Source: Malacoraja senta (Eukaryota). From it: a DNA stretch of 64,000 nt. The position numbers were made by a program, and so were the translations under genes. Numbering within the stretch: the first letter of the stretch is position 1; every line of letters starts with the position of its first letter. Below the pieces are notes generated by a model. That model searched no databases and was not told the origin of the DNA. It saw only the letters and a program-made list of their open reading frames with translations. The DNA lies in the NCBI GenBank assembly GCA_038087875.1, contig CM075992.1, forward strand, positions 11,534,001-11,598,000, in the 5' to 3' direction. Shown one piece after another: positions 13,090-26,503 of this stretch.

Positions 13090-13710
13090 GGCAGACACTA
13101 GAGGAGCGGCCTGTTGGGAGTGACTGTGCTGAAGGTAACTGCGAGGCTTTAGCTCGACAGGGTTTGGTGTGGCGGGTGATGGTGGGATAAGGTGTGGTGA
13201 GTGCTTTTTCTTTCTTTCGTAAATCTTCTGTTGTCTAGTACTGTAGAGACGGCATTTAGGGGAGGAGGAGAGGAGGCATCTTCCTCCTGCAGGATGTGGG
13301 AAGTCAGGGAGACTTACAGTGTTCCTGAGGACTACACCTGGGTGAGGTGTGCCCAGCTGCAGGTCCTTACAGGTGGCGTTAGGGCACTGGAGCAGCAGCT
13401 GGATGACCTAGGGATCATCTGGGAGACTGAGGAGGTCATAGATAGCACAGTTACAGTTAGGTGGTCATGCCGAGAGTATGGGCAGAATGTAGACGGATGA
13501 TCACCAGGAAAGGGAGCAGGCAGAGAGTGCAGTAATCCCCTGTGGCCATTCCCCTTGACAACAGGTATGTCCTTTTGGATACTATTTAGTAGGGGGATGT
13601 CTGGTCAGGGGAGAGCAGCAGCAGTCAGGTCTGTAACATTGGGCGTGGGTCTGAGTCACAGCATGGAAGGGTGAAGACAGGCAGAGCCAAGGTGATAGGG
13701 GACTTGAATG
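13090..13710 (+). mobile_element. CR1 5'UTR and ORF1 fragment (Cys-rich finger, coiled coil, start of esterase-like domain)
   Basis: SSCRMWEVRETYSVPEDYTWVRCAQLQVLTGGVRALEQQLDDL in ORF 13201-13500; downstream AKVIGD motif. Confidence 0.65.
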
Positions 13711-14162
13711 GAGAAACAAGGGACTGCATGTGCTGGTTTATGATAAAAGACACAAAGGGCTGCAGTGACTAACTCAATGTGTTAGGCAGCATGTTTCAGT
13801 TTGGGATCCTTCATCAGACTTTTCAAACTTCAGGATCTTTCTTCAGATTAAATATTTTAAATGGCCTCTGCAATCAGTGTTCCTGACCTGAAATGTCACC
13901 TATTGAAGTTCTCCAGAGATGCTGCCTGACCTGCTGAGTTACTTTATGGCCATGTGTAGTACTGACCAGTTTTGGTCATCCAGCCACAGGAAGGATGTCA
14001 TTAAGTTGGAAAGCAGACAGAGAAGATTTTCGAGGATATTACCATGACTTTAGGGGGTGAGCTATAGGGAGAGGTTGGGCAGTCTAGGAGTTTATTCCTT
14101 GGAGCGTAGGAGGCTGAAGGTTGATCCTCCAGAGATGTAGAAAGTCAGAAAGGATTTAGGTT

Positions 14163-14490
14163 GACACAGCTGGTCGAGCTGCTGCCTCACAGTGCCAGAG
14201 ACCAAGGTTCGATCCAGACCTAGGTTCGATCCTGACATGGGTGTCATCTGTGTGAAGTTTGCACGTTCTCCCTGTGACTGTGTGGGATTAGTTTGGTTTC
14301 TCCGGTTTCCTCCCTTATCCCAGCGATGTGCAGGTTTGCAGTTGAATTGGCCCTCTGCAATTTCCCCTAGTGTGTAGGGAGATGATGAGAAAGTGGGACA
14401 AAACAGAACTCATGTGAATGAGTGATCAATGGTCAGCATAGTCTTGGTGGACTAAAGAGCCTGTTTTCATGCTGCATCACTAAACCAAAT
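14163..14490 (+). mobile_element. tRNA-derived V-SINE (HE1-like), inserted in a CR1 remnant
   Basis: A/B-box-like head (GGTTCGATCC), central TTCTCCGGTTTCCTCCC domain, CR1-like 3' end. Confidence 0.75.
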
Positions 14491-16008
14491 AGATACAGTG
14501 AATGCACAGTCTTTTACCCACAGCAGGGGAATCAAAAACAAGGAGACGTGTTTATGGTAACACAAACCTGAGGGAGGCTTCATCACTCAAGGATGGTGGG
14601 GATATGGAATGAGCTGCCAGAGGAGGTAGTTGAGACAGGTACCATCAACAACATTTAAACACACTTCGACAGGTAGATGGATAGGAAAGGTTGAGTAGAA
14701 TATCAGACAAACGTGGCCAAATGTGAAGAACTTTGATCAGCATGGTCGAGTTGGGCTGAAGGGCCTGTTTTCATGCTCTATGGCACTGGCTCTCTGGCAG
14801 ATACCTGGATGGCAAGACTGATAAATGCAGAGACTGTATCAATTAGGGCCACCTTCATTAGAATTTAGGAGAATGAGAGGGATGTCATAGACTCTACTGA
14901 ACACCAATAGAACTGGATGCAGGAAGGTGTTCCTGATGGTCAGGGACTCTCGGGCCAGAGGTCACAGGCTAAAGGTCAGTGGTCAGCCAGTTAAGAAGGG
15001 GGCTGACAGGAAATGTCTTCTCCCAGAAGTGGTTGGATATTTCTGGGGTTAAAGGGAACAAGGGCTGTGGGTAAAGCTGCAACTGGACACAGAGTGTGGG
15101 TGATCAGTCGTGACCATTCTGAATGGTTGAACTGGATCGATGGGCCAAATGGCCTGCTCCTGCTCCTGCTACACATTCTGTTCCTGTGATACCCAGAAGC
15201 CCACCTGCCCTGGTCCAGTCTGTAAGTGTGGATGTTTGGACACAACAGCCTGCCCATTCACCTTCAACTCCAAGGGATCCTTTACTTGTGAATAGTCCAA
15301 GAAAATGAGTTGCTTATTTCTTTTGCCGAGCCCTGGCTGACAGGTAGTGATACAAAGGATAGAATAGAACGATAGAATGAACGTTCTCAAGTGAAATTGT
15401 ATTCTGACTCACCAATACACCTGCTATCTGTTGCTTTCACGTATCCTTCTGTACAGTCTTTGGTTGTAACTAGAAACATCAGATGGCTTTTGTAAATCAC
15501 TGCAAAAACAACCAGAACAGGGTCAGATATTGGAAGAATCCATGTCCATACATTATTCCATTCCCACAGAGCTGCAAAGAAGGAGAATGATTATGGTTAA
15601 TGCTTTGCCAATTGACAACATTAACAGAAAAGTTCAGCAGCTCCTCAAATATGTGATGAAGAAAACTGCTGAGAGCTGTTAAAGTTAGTCATACACCAGT
15701 TAGAGTTAGTCATACAGCAGAGAAACGGGCCCTTGAGTCCGTGCAACAATCAACCGCCCACCTCCATTAATCCTACATTTTATATACACTCCTCTGCCAC
15801 TTGATCCTCGACTTTCTGACCCAGAGCACGATCAGTAGGGAGAGGTAAAAACACATCCTCCACAATAACTCTCAACACAGGTGTCCCACTGGATCCCTTC
15901 TCAGTCCCTGCTATACTCCCAAAACACTCATGACTGTGTGGACAAATTCAGCTCAAACTCAAGAGTCAAGAGTGTTTTATTGTCACATGTCCCAATCACA
16001 AAAATGAT

Positions 16009-17360
16009 TAAGAAGGAACTGCAGATGCTGGAAAAATTGAAGGTAAATAAAAATGCTGGAGCAACTCAGCGGGTGAGGCAGCATCCATGGAGCGAAGGAA
16101 TAGGTGACGTTTCGGGTCAAGACCCTTCTTCAGACATGTGTGGGGGTGGTGGGGGCGGGAAGAAGAAAGGAAGAGGCAGAGACAGTGGGCTGTGGGAGAG
16201 CTGGGAACGGGAGGGGAAAGAGGGAGAAAGCAAGGACTACCTGAAATTGGAGAAGTCAATGTCCATACAGCTGGGGTGTAATCTACCCAAGCAAAATATG
16301 AGGTGCTGCTCCTCCAATTTACGGTGGGACTCACTGTGGCCATGGAGGAGGCCCAGGACAGAAAGGTCGGATTCAGAATGGGAGGGGGAGTTGAAGTGCT
16401 GAGCCACTGGGAGATCAGGTTGGTTATTGCGAACTGAGCGAAGGTGTTGGGCGAAGCGATCGCCAAGCCTGCGCTTGGTCTCACCGATGTAGAGCAGCTG
16501 ACACCTAGAGCAGCAGATGCAATACATGAGGTTGGAGGAGGTGCAGGTGAACCTCTGTTGCACCTGGAAAGACTGCTTAGGTCCTTGGATGGAGCCAAGT
16601 GGGGAGGTAAAGTGACAATTGTAGCATTTCCTGCGGTTGCAAGGGAAAGTACCAGGGGAGGGGGTGGTTTGGGTGGGAAAGGACGAATTGACCAGGGAGT
16701 TATGGAGGGAGCGGTCTCTGCAGAAAGGCGAAAGGGGAGGAGATGGGAAGATGTGGGCAGTGATGGGATCTAGTTGGAGGTGGCCAAAATGTCAGAGGAT
16801 TATCTGTTGTATGTGACGCCTGGTAGGAAGGTGAGGACAAGGGGTGAGGACAAGGGGGACTCTGCCCTTGTTACGAGTGGGGGGGATGGGGAGTGAGAGC
16901 AGAGTTACGGGGTATAGAAGAGACCCTGGTGAGAGCTTCATCTATAGTCGAAGAAGGGTACCCCCGTCCTCTAAAGAATGAGGACATCTCCGATGCCCTG
17001 GTTTGGAACACCTCATCCTGGGTGCTGATGCGGCGTAGACGGAGGAATTGGGAGTAGGAGATAGAGTCCTTACAGGAAGCAGGGTGGGAAGAAGTGTAGC
17101 CCAGATAGCCATGGGAGTCAGTGGGTTTCTAGTAGATGTCAGTCAGTAGTCTGTTACCTGCGATGGAGATAGTGAGGTCTAGAAATGGTAGGGAGATGTC
17201 GGAAATGGTCCAGGTGAATTTGAGTGTCGGATGGAAGTTAGTGGTGAAATGGATCAAGTCAGTGAGTTCTGTATGGGTACACGAGGTAGCACCAATGCAG
17301 TCGTCGATGTAGCGGAGGTAGAGTTGGGGGATAGGGCCACGGTACGCCTCGAACAAGGAT
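16009..17360 (-). mobile_element. Penelope-like element (Neptune-type), 5'-truncated: RT C-terminus, Cys-rich linker, GIY-YIG endonuclease, terminal repeat
   Basis: YLRYIDD (17129-17392); GTFPCNRRKCYNC; FTCTSSNLMYCICCSRCQLLYIGETKRRLGDRFAQH (16237-16563). Confidence 0.9.
16103..16135 (-). ncRNA. Minimal type I hammerhead-like ribozyme motif in the Penelope terminal repeat
   Basis: GU-CUGAAGA-A-GGGUC-UU-GACCC-GAAAC-GUC-ACC: core CUGANGA, stem II, GAAA and GUC triplet; stem I is very short. Confidence 0.65.
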
Positions 17361-17377
17361 ATAAAAAAGAGATTCTT

Positions 17378-17620
17378 AAAGGTCTGTCTCACTGTGCGAG
17401 TTGACCCACGAGTGACCCCGAGTGAAAGACTCGTGGTTGCGTACGAGACTACAAGTTTATGATCCCGAGTTTAACCGAGTTCCCACGGGTATGTCTAAGT
17501 TTCCCGTTTACTTCCCATTTCTGCGATGTTCCAAGTTCATCTCCCGAGTGTACCAAGTTCCTCTCCCGTTAATCTTGAGGCAACAATGTATATCGAAGTG
17601 TTTAAATATCATCACATGTT
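17378..17620 (+). mobile_element. Possible Harbinger-like MITE left end (degenerate)
   Basis: taaaggtctgtctcact resembles the TIR at 31007-31023; repeated (A/C)CGAG motifs recur at 18840-18960; no matching right TIR found. Confidence 0.35.
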
Positions 17621-19775
17621 AAAAAAAAAACTGAGTGGTGATGGGTGGTGTAAAAGATTGTGATTATGGTCATGTTAAGAATTAAAAGTCATAAAATCAA
17701 TGTGTGAAATGTGATTCTTATTTTTCAAAGTCTCTCATAGGAAACAATGAGCGTATAGAGCCCAGGAAGAGGGGGAGAAAGGGACGTCCACTCACAGAGG
17801 CAGAGTCTCTCAGCCTGTGTGAGAGGGAGGGAGGGAGAGAGAGACACACACACAAGGTGGATGTGAAATCTCACCTACCTGTTTCAGTGACAGGCACCCG
17901 CAGCCAGTGAATGAAGACACCCCCATCTGTCTCCCCCTCCTCTCCCTCCACTCTCCACCCCCTCTCCTCCACCCCACCCCCCTCACCCCCTCTCCCCCAA
18001 TTTGGAAATGTCATCCCATCACCCATTCCTTCTCTCCAGAGATGCTGCCTGCCCTCCGAGTTAAAGAGTTCCCACTTGCAGCAGCAAAACAGGCCAGTAA
18101 ACACAATACTCATAGATAATATACTAAACAAAGAAAATATATATTAAAAAATCCAGTATTATTGCAAAAATCCCAAAGTCCTTAGTGCAAACAAGGCAGT
18201 TTGTACTTCATAGTTTAGTTAGCATTTGTTGCGTTCAAAAGCCCAATGGTTGTTGGGAAGAAGCTGTTCTTGAACCTGGAGGTCATGGTTTTCAGATTCT
18301 TATACCTTCTGCTCAGCAGGAATGAAATGAGAGCATGGTCAGGGTAGTGTGGGTCCATGACAATGCTGGCTGCCTTTTTGAGGCAGCACCTCCTATAGAA
18401 CCCTTTGATTCAGTAAAGTTCAGTAAAGAGATCGGGAATCTGGCATCATGGCTTGAGAATAAAACCCAGCCTTTAACATCCGCATAATGAAAGAGTTGGT
18501 GTTGTCCTACGGAACAGGGGTGCAGGAGAGGTGAACACAACCCTGTCTTCTTCAACAGCACTGGTAGAGATGGCTTCTGGACGTGACTGGCAAACCTCAG
18601 ATTAGGCTGCTATGAAGTGTCATAAAATGTTCTCACGCTGTTCCTCAATACTGGTTTGTCTTAAGGTTGTGAGCTCAGTCCCAAATACACAACATCTATA
18701 TATAAACTTCAAGCAATTTTTTCTTTTCAACCCATTCTGTCACCTTATCAATAACTTGCTTAACTTTGTTAAGCAGAATTTGTCTTTAAAAAGTCTAAGT
18801 AACTGATATTTCTGTCCCTGATTATTGTTTCTAAAAAGAGTTCCCACGGTAGAATCACGAGTCACAAAGTTAAACGCACGGGCCACTACGTTCTTACAAC
18901 GAGTTTAAAATGTTTCAATTTTTAACCTCAAGAGTACATTTTACTCGTGGAAAAGTTCAAACATGACACACTATGTAAACATAGCACTCTGTTAACAATA
19001 TAATCAATGAATAGGAAATTTCAGTATATATACTGTATGTATATATATATATTAGTATATACACACACAAACAAAGGAACAAACAATAATAGTGCAAAAA
19101 GACAAAACCAATCTATATAGTTCATAGCTTATTTAGAGGTTGTAGTGTTTAATAGTAAGATTAAACAAGAACTTACCAGTTTGAAGTTTGATCTTTATTT
19201 TATGAGGAGTTACGTTGAGGGATTACGGGAAGACCCCACCAGCCCGCATGCGCATCAATCTTCAAAGCAGCGGTGTGAAATCACAGACAAGAGTTATTGA
19301 ACTAAACATAGTGAGATAAGAGAAAATAGAATACCAGTTGACCTTTATGATAGAGGGTGGGCATGGAGGGCGCGTAATCCCTCAACGTTACTCCTCATAA
19401 AATAAAGATCAAACTTCAAACTGGTAAGTTCGCGTTTAATCTTACTATTTTACTTGAGTCACGTGAGTGACTACGTGAAGATTTTAAAGTTCTGTGATTT
19501 CATGCCATGGAAACGAGTCCAGGCATCATACACTGCATCAGTAGGCCAATGATGAGTGAACATTAATAATGCATTCAGACATGACATAGTATAGACATGT
19601 TGATGCTATTAATGAACAATAGTGGCAATAGTAACCTCCCTCAACCGGGAGGAAGTTATGAAACAGACCTAACATAGAGTTGGCAAATACCCCCTATCTG
19701 GCAATGGGGTTATTCTGAATATTTGGACAGATCGTTAGTTTAACCATCCTGCAGCCAGTAGGATGTGGTCCATAA

Positions 19776-22500
19776 CATAGATACATAAAAAATAGGTGCA
19801 GGAGTAGGCCATTCGGCCCTTCGAGCCTGCACCGCCATTCAATATGACCATGGCTGATCATCCAACTCAGTATCCCGTGCCTGCCTTCTCTCCATACCCC
19901 CTGATCCCTTTAGCCACAAGGGCCACATCTAACTCCCTCTTAAATATAGCCAATGAACTGGCCTCAACTACCCTCTGTGGCAGAGAGTTCCAGAGATTCA
20001 CCACTCTCTGTGTGAAAAAGTTTTTCCTCATCTCGGTCTTAAAGGATTTCCCCCTTATCCTTAAGCTGTGACCCCTTGTCCTGGACTTCCCCAACATCGG
20101 GAACAATCTTCCTGCATCTAGCCTGTCCAACCCCATAAGAATTTTGTACGTTTCTATAAGATCCCCTCTCAATCTCCTAAATTCTAGCGAGTATAAGCCA
20201 AGTCTATCCAGTCTTTCTTCATATGAAAGTCCTGACATCCCAGGAATCAGTCTGGTGAACCTTCTCTGCACTCCCTCTATGGCTATAATGTCCTTCCTCA
20301 GATTTGGAGACCAAAACTGTACGCAATACTCCAGGTGTGGTCTCACCAAGACCCTGTACAACTGCAGTAGAACCTCCCTGCTCCTATACTCAAATCCTCT
20401 TGCTATGAAGGCCAACATACCATTCGCTTTCTTCACTGCCTGCTGCACCTGCATGCCTACTTTCAATGACTGGTGTACCATGACACCCAGGTCTCGCTGC
20501 ATCTCCCCATTTCCTAATCGGCCACCATTTAGATAATAGTCTGCCTTCCCGTTTTTGCCACCAAAGTGGATAACCTCACAATTATCCACATTATACTGCA
20601 TCTGCCAAACATTTGCCCACTTACCCAGCCTATCCAAGTCACCTTGCAGTCTCCTAGCATCCTCCTCACAGCTAACACTGCCCCTCAGCTTAGTGTCATC
20701 CGCAAACTTGGAGATGTTGCTTTCAATTCCCTCGTCCAGATCGTTAATATAAATTGTAAATAGCTGGGGTCCCAGCACTGAGCCTTGCGGTACCCCACTA
20801 GTCACTGCCTGCCATTGTGAAAAGGACCCGTTTACTACTACTCTTTGCTTCCTGTTTGCCAGCCAGTTCTCTATGCACATCAATACTGAACCCCCAATAC
20901 CGTGTGATTTAAGTTTGTATCCTAATCTCTTATGTGGTACATTGTCGAAAGCCTTCTGAAAGTCCAGATACAACACATCCACTGGTTCTCCCCTATCCAC
21001 TCTACTAGTGACATCCTCGAAAAATTCTATAAGATTCGTCAGACACGATTTACCTTTCGTAAATCCATGCTGACTTTGTCCAATGATTTCACCACTTTCC
21101 AAATGTGCTGCTATCCCATCTTTAATAACTGACTCTAGCAGTTTCCCCACTACCGATGTTAGACTAACCGGTCTGTAATTCCCCGTTTTCTCTCTCCCTC
21201 CCTTCTTAAAAAGTGGGGTTACGTTTGCTACCCTCCAATCCTCAGGAACTACTCCAGAATCTAAAGAGTTTTGAAAAATTATCACTAATGCATCCACTAT
21301 TTCTGGAGCTACTTCCTTAAGTACTCTGGGATGCAGCCTATCTGGCCCTGGTGATTTATCGGCCTTTAATCCATTCAATTTACCCAACACCACTTCCCGA
21401 CTAACCTGGATTTCACTCAGTTCCTCCATCTCCTTTGCCCCCTGCTATTTCCGGCAGATTATTTATGTCTTCCTTAGTGAAGACGGAACCAAAGTAGTTA
21501 TTCAATTGGTCCGCCATATCCTTGTTCCCCATGATCAATTCACCTGTTTCTGACTGCAAGGGACCTACATTTGTTTTAACTAATCTCTTTCTCTTCACAT
21601 ATCTATAAAAACTTTTGCAGTCAGTTTTTATGTTCCCTGCCAGGTTCCTTTCATAATCTATTTTCCCTTTCCTAATTAAGCCCTTTGTCCTCCTCTGCTG
21701 GTCTCTGAATTTCTCCCAGTCCTCTGGTATGCTGCTTTTTCTGGCTAATTTGTACGCATCATCTTTTGCTTTGATACTATCCCTGATTTCCCTTGTTATC
21801 CACGGATGCACTACCTTCCCTGATTTATTCTTTTGCCAAACTGGGATGAACAATTTTTGTAGTTCATCCATGCAGTCTTTAAATGCCTTCCATTGCATAT
21901 CCACCGTCAACCCTTTTAGAACTAATTGCCAGTCAATCTTGGCCAATTCACGTCTCATACCCTCAAAGTTACCTTTCTTTAAGTTCAGAACCGTTGTTTC
22001 TGAATTAACAATGTCACTCTCCATCCTAAAGAAGAACTCAACCATATAATGGTCACTCTTGCCCAAGGGGGCACGCACAACAAGTCTGCTAACTAACCCT
22101 TCCTCATTACTCAATACCCAGTCTAGAATAGCCTGCTCTCTCGTTGGTTCCTCTACATGTTGGTTTAGATAACTATCCCTCATACATTCCAAGAAATCCT
22201 CTTCCTCAGCACCCCTGGCAATTTGATTCACCCCATCTATATGTAGATTGAAGTCACCCATTATAACTGTTTTGCCTTTGTTGCACGCATTTCTAATATC
22301 CTGTTTGATGCCATCCCCAACTTCACTACTACTGCTAGGTGGCCTGTACACAACACCCACCAGCGTTTTCTGCCCCTTAGTGTTTCGCAGCTCTACCCAT
22401 ACCGATTCCACATCCTCCAAGCTAATGTCCTTCCTTTCCACTGCGTTAATCTCCTCTCTAACCAGCAACGCTACCCCACCTCCTTTTCCTTTCTCTCTAT
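19776..22500 (-). mobile_element. Young CR1 LINE with near-complete ORF2 (APE endonuclease and RT), one frameshift near 21420
   Basis: 388-aa EN frame (VGVVYRPP, IMGDFN, LDWVL, SDH) and 520-aa RT frame ([14 protein letters not shown]). Confidence 0.95.
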
Positions 22501-22986
22501 CCCTGCTGCTGAGGTGTTGCGTTCCTGGTGGAGTGAGACTCAAAATGTCAATGTTCACTCCTGTATAAGCTAGACCCATTTAACCCCCTGGAGAAGGTCT
22601 GTAGTGATACCTTCTAATGAGGTTTTATGTAACTAACAATATTGCTAGTCAGAGTCTATAAGGCTCTTAGGGACCTTGACATACTGGTGTAGATGCGTGA
22701 TCACACACAACCCAAGGTCCATGGGATATGCAACATCTAGTTTGGTCTATGTCCTTGTCTACTCTGCTGGACTTAATCATAAACATAACATGTTATTATT
22801 GCCCACAGATATGATCATCCTATCCAGTGTAGCAATGACTGGACCCGTTGCACTTTACTCAGCGCCATGACATAACCACTAGTAAGTGAGTTTGACCAAG
22901 GACAGGGATGTTGTTGGAGCCCATCGGCGAAGTGATGTAGCACAATGTTAACAACCCATATCTCTGCGTCCCTAGGCCTGGAAGGT

Positions 22987-23081
22987 TTTAATATATGGTC
23001 CCTAGATAAGGGACGTATCAGATATTAAACTGATAAGAACAGATACTACACTTGATCTTAGCCAAAAGGCCGAGAAGCGAT
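22987..23081 (-). pseudogene. RNU2: 3'-truncated U2 snRNA retrocopy (about nt 1-95)
   Basis: Minus strand reads ATCGCTTCTCGGCCTTTTGGCTAAGATCAAGTGTAGTATCTGTTCTTATCAGTTTAATATCTGATACGTCC...ATATATTAAA, the vertebrate U2 5' end with the GUAGUA branch-recognition sequence; stops before the Sm site. Confidence 0.95.
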
Positions 23082-26000
23082 ATTCATAATCTAGATATCA
23101 GAGAGTATGACCCGACAGAGTGGTTTCTGTTCCCCGCAGCCAAATGATGAGGAGGTACTTCAGGCACAGTAAATGGAACTTTAACTTAATGCTATAAAAT
23201 GCCATGTAAACTGAATTTCAAGGCGTCAGTCATCCGTGCCGCGTTAAATGTAAATAAGCATAAACAATACCTCCCATCTCCTTGTGAGGAATGCTGCTAT
23301 TTGGTGCTATCCCTGCAATCTGCAGTGAGCACTTCCAAGGCTTTTGGTTAAACAACCCGAGCCGCAGGAATGGTCTCTCAGAGTCTGCAAGTCAATGAAT
23401 TGATTATATCATGCAGAGGATGGTTTCCACATCACAGCTGAACCAGCAATTTTATGTGTCCAGAAATAACCATGTAAGGTTTTATGATCATTCCCCACAT
23501 CAGCGGGAACCATGGGTATATAAACCAGGCAGGCACTACGAAAATGCCGGAAGCGGGAAACTTGCTGAATTTTGCAAGACCCGTCTAATGAAGCCAAATG
23601 GAGGAAGACATAAAAGAACATTCCTCCCTAGTGTAACGAGAATGCATCCATCGCCATTGATATGCCTCCTATTTTCTGCAACTGGTGATTGACCCTGGAT
23701 GCAAACATCTCGATCGTTAGTGTTCCATCGAGCCACAATGTCATTAAATACTTTGTGATCCAACATCCATTCTGTGTTATCATTGATTTTACATGATGAT
23801 ACACCAGTGCTAAATGCGGTTAGGTAAACTATCAGTGGATACTTTGATTTGATTGCACCCTTGTGATTAACATATACCACCACCAAAGTGTATCACCTTG
23901 GACTTGTGGATGCAGATTATGCATATTCACACACCCTTTAATGCACAGAATGCACCTGGTGTCCATTGGCAGTTGATACCATAACTGAACAATTGATAAC
24001 TCATGCTAATCCCATCTGCCTCCGTAACTAGAGATGGTATTAGTAATTTTCCATCTTTGAGTAATAGCATCAGTTTGGAATTGACTGAAGATTTACGGAT
24101 GAAAGGTTTAGTGGAGCAACGCTGAATACGGTTCGTCCACCATTGTGACTTTGATAGTTTCAGCTGGGAATATCAGAGGTCTAATCTTTTATCTCAGAGC
24201 GGAGTCCCAGACAAATGAATGGATTAATTGTATCCCAATAATCAATAGTTTCAGTTGGTATCAACTTAACTTAAATTTAACTGGACGGATGAGAAACCCA
24301 ATTTCTCAAATATAGCTATGTGGCTGATAAGGCTAATTTAGCAAAATACAGTATGTTCAATATCATCCAGCTTGGCCATAACACTTATTTGTTAGCTCTG
24401 TGCAGTCGATGCACTGATTGTAGTGATTTGGTAAATAACCTGGGAGCTGGTTAGCCCATTTTGCAATACTTCTGAGTGTATCATTGCCTCAACCAGCTAA
24501 ATTCAAATATCTCCGAAGCCTGTGAGTGGAAATGATCACATGGAAGTTATTCAGAAATGTCTATACTGCACATGCGGGTTGAAGCTGTTGACAATGAACA
24601 GTCCACATCTCCCATAATTGTGAGCCTGCCTTGAAAGGCAACTCCAACCATACCTGCTGTGCAGTATAAACTAATCTCATGTTATCCCAAACCAGTGTAA
24701 ATATTCAAACCAGTGTAAATATTACCAACTTGTATCCGTGACAGGAGGCATCATCGATGTGGCTCCATACCTTCACACTGCCGGATGGGGAACTTCCAGG
24801 AGTTGCCTCAATCAGCTTCATCCTTCCACATCCGAATGGGAGGACTTGTGCAACCCGACCCAGGAGCTGCCTCAACCACGTGTGCATGACTTTTGCACCT
24901 TCTGCTCCTGGGAGGTAGAGGAGCTCGAGTACGGGGTTGGCGCATCTTCCAGGAAGGCCGTTCTGGGCCGTGGCCTGAAAAATACTTTTGTCCTGGTTCA
25001 GTGTATCGTGGTTTGCTGGTGGGTGCGTAGGGGTGCTGCCGCCGGAGATGTGAGGTCTTGCCTGATGATGTGGCCTTCATGAGCCCGACGGCCCTCGTTG
25101 AGCTTCTTGACCTGTTTCAACCGGTTGCCCCCAAATGGCAGTATCAGTGGTTGTGTGTTACTGGTGTTACACAGTCCAGCAAATCTGGGGTCCTCAGATA
25201 GCTGTTCACCGCATGGACACTGAGAGAAACAGAGTTCCCTGGTGCTGGGTATTTTGTAGTTGTCATTCACAGCCTGCTCCTGCTGCTGGTTGTGTTGTTC
25301 CTGCACCCCCAGCACACTTGTGGTATCTTCAGCCAAACCCCTGTCAGCCCAGAAGTGACTCCTAATGCTCCCCTCTGTCGAGGGAGATGCATTATGCAGC
25401 CCTCTATAAGGTGCTGCCATGGGCGTCCTAGGACCCCATGGTGACTAGACTCTATATACCGGAGCATGTCACGTTGGAGCATTTGCTCCATCAACCGCTC
25501 CATGACGGATATGCGATCACAGTCGCTGCCCACCGGCAGTGAGTCTCACAGCCCGACTCGTCTGAGCCTTCGGGCCTGTCCGACTTCTGCTTGGCCTTCC
25601 AGCCAGTCTGTGGTGTCGATTCAGATTGTGGAGGTGCCAGGTCGGAGACTGCTGATCGAATTCCGCGATCCTCCGCAGTCAGTCTGGATGCGGTCCATTT
25701 GGACTTAGTCCATGGTTCCCTTCCTGTAACACAATTCTCACAGAAAATAGAACAAAACTACCTTAGAGTAAAGAATTTACCTGCAGGTCCTGTTTTAAAA
25801 CTTCCGCTGCAGGGGCAACTCTCCTCCCCCCCCCCCCCCCCCACCCCCCCGAGCTTGTTCTCGTGGGCTCTGTAGAGGGCTTCCCCGCGATATTCATAGT
25901 CGGGTTTTTCTCCCCTGAGCTTGATATTCCCATAGTCGTTGCAGTCGGGATTCCCTCGCGGTCCTTGTAGAAGGGCTTCTCCGCGATGTTTACAGTCGGG

Positions 26001-26503
26001 GCTCCCCCCCCCCCCCGAGCTGGGTATCCCCGCAGTAAATACAGCCAGGATATCCCCGCGGTCCCTATAAAAGGGATAGCCGCGATATACATAGTCGGGG
26101 GGTATCCCCGCCGTGTTTGTCCAGGTACCAGTATGAAGCCGCTAGCTCCACCGCCAGCGGCTCGAAAGGCGAATTCACCGCCGCCCGCTACCCGCATTCC
26201 GAGCGGCTTCCCTTAGTCCGTGGGCGGGATTCCCCGAGGTCGTGACCGGGATTCCCTTTAGTCCATGACTGGGGTTGCCCCCTCCATCCGGACTTTAGCA
26301 GGGCCTCTGAGTAGAGGTTCCTGCAAGAAGACATAACCTGGAAAAAGTTTTAAAAACTTATCTTCAGATCTGACCGCTGGCAGGAGCATCATGACCCCCC
26401 CCCCCCCCCCAGCGCCAGTCGTACGCAATGTGATAGATGATATGACACGCATGCGTGCTGGCGGGGTCTTCACGTAGTCACTCATGTGAATCCGAAGTAA
26501 AAT

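Larger units (their letters stand above)
19151..26503 (-). mobile_element. DIRS1-type retrotransposon, copy B (decayed; contains CR1 and U2 insertions)
   Basis: Right terminus AATAGTAAGATTAAAC at 19151; ICR about 19371-19481; YR, MT and RT remnants; left terminus ...TCCGAAGTAAAAT at 26503. Confidence 0.88.

Noticed and set aside
20144..22568. Plus-strand ORFs opposite the CR1
   Set aside because: Antisense shadow frames of CR1 ORF2, repeated in each CR1 copy
22987..23081. Functional U2 gene, or target site of a U2-specific retrotransposon
   Set aside because: No Sm site, 3' half, recognisable promoter or 3' box; both flanks are continuous DIRS sequence rather than a Tx1- or NeSL-type element
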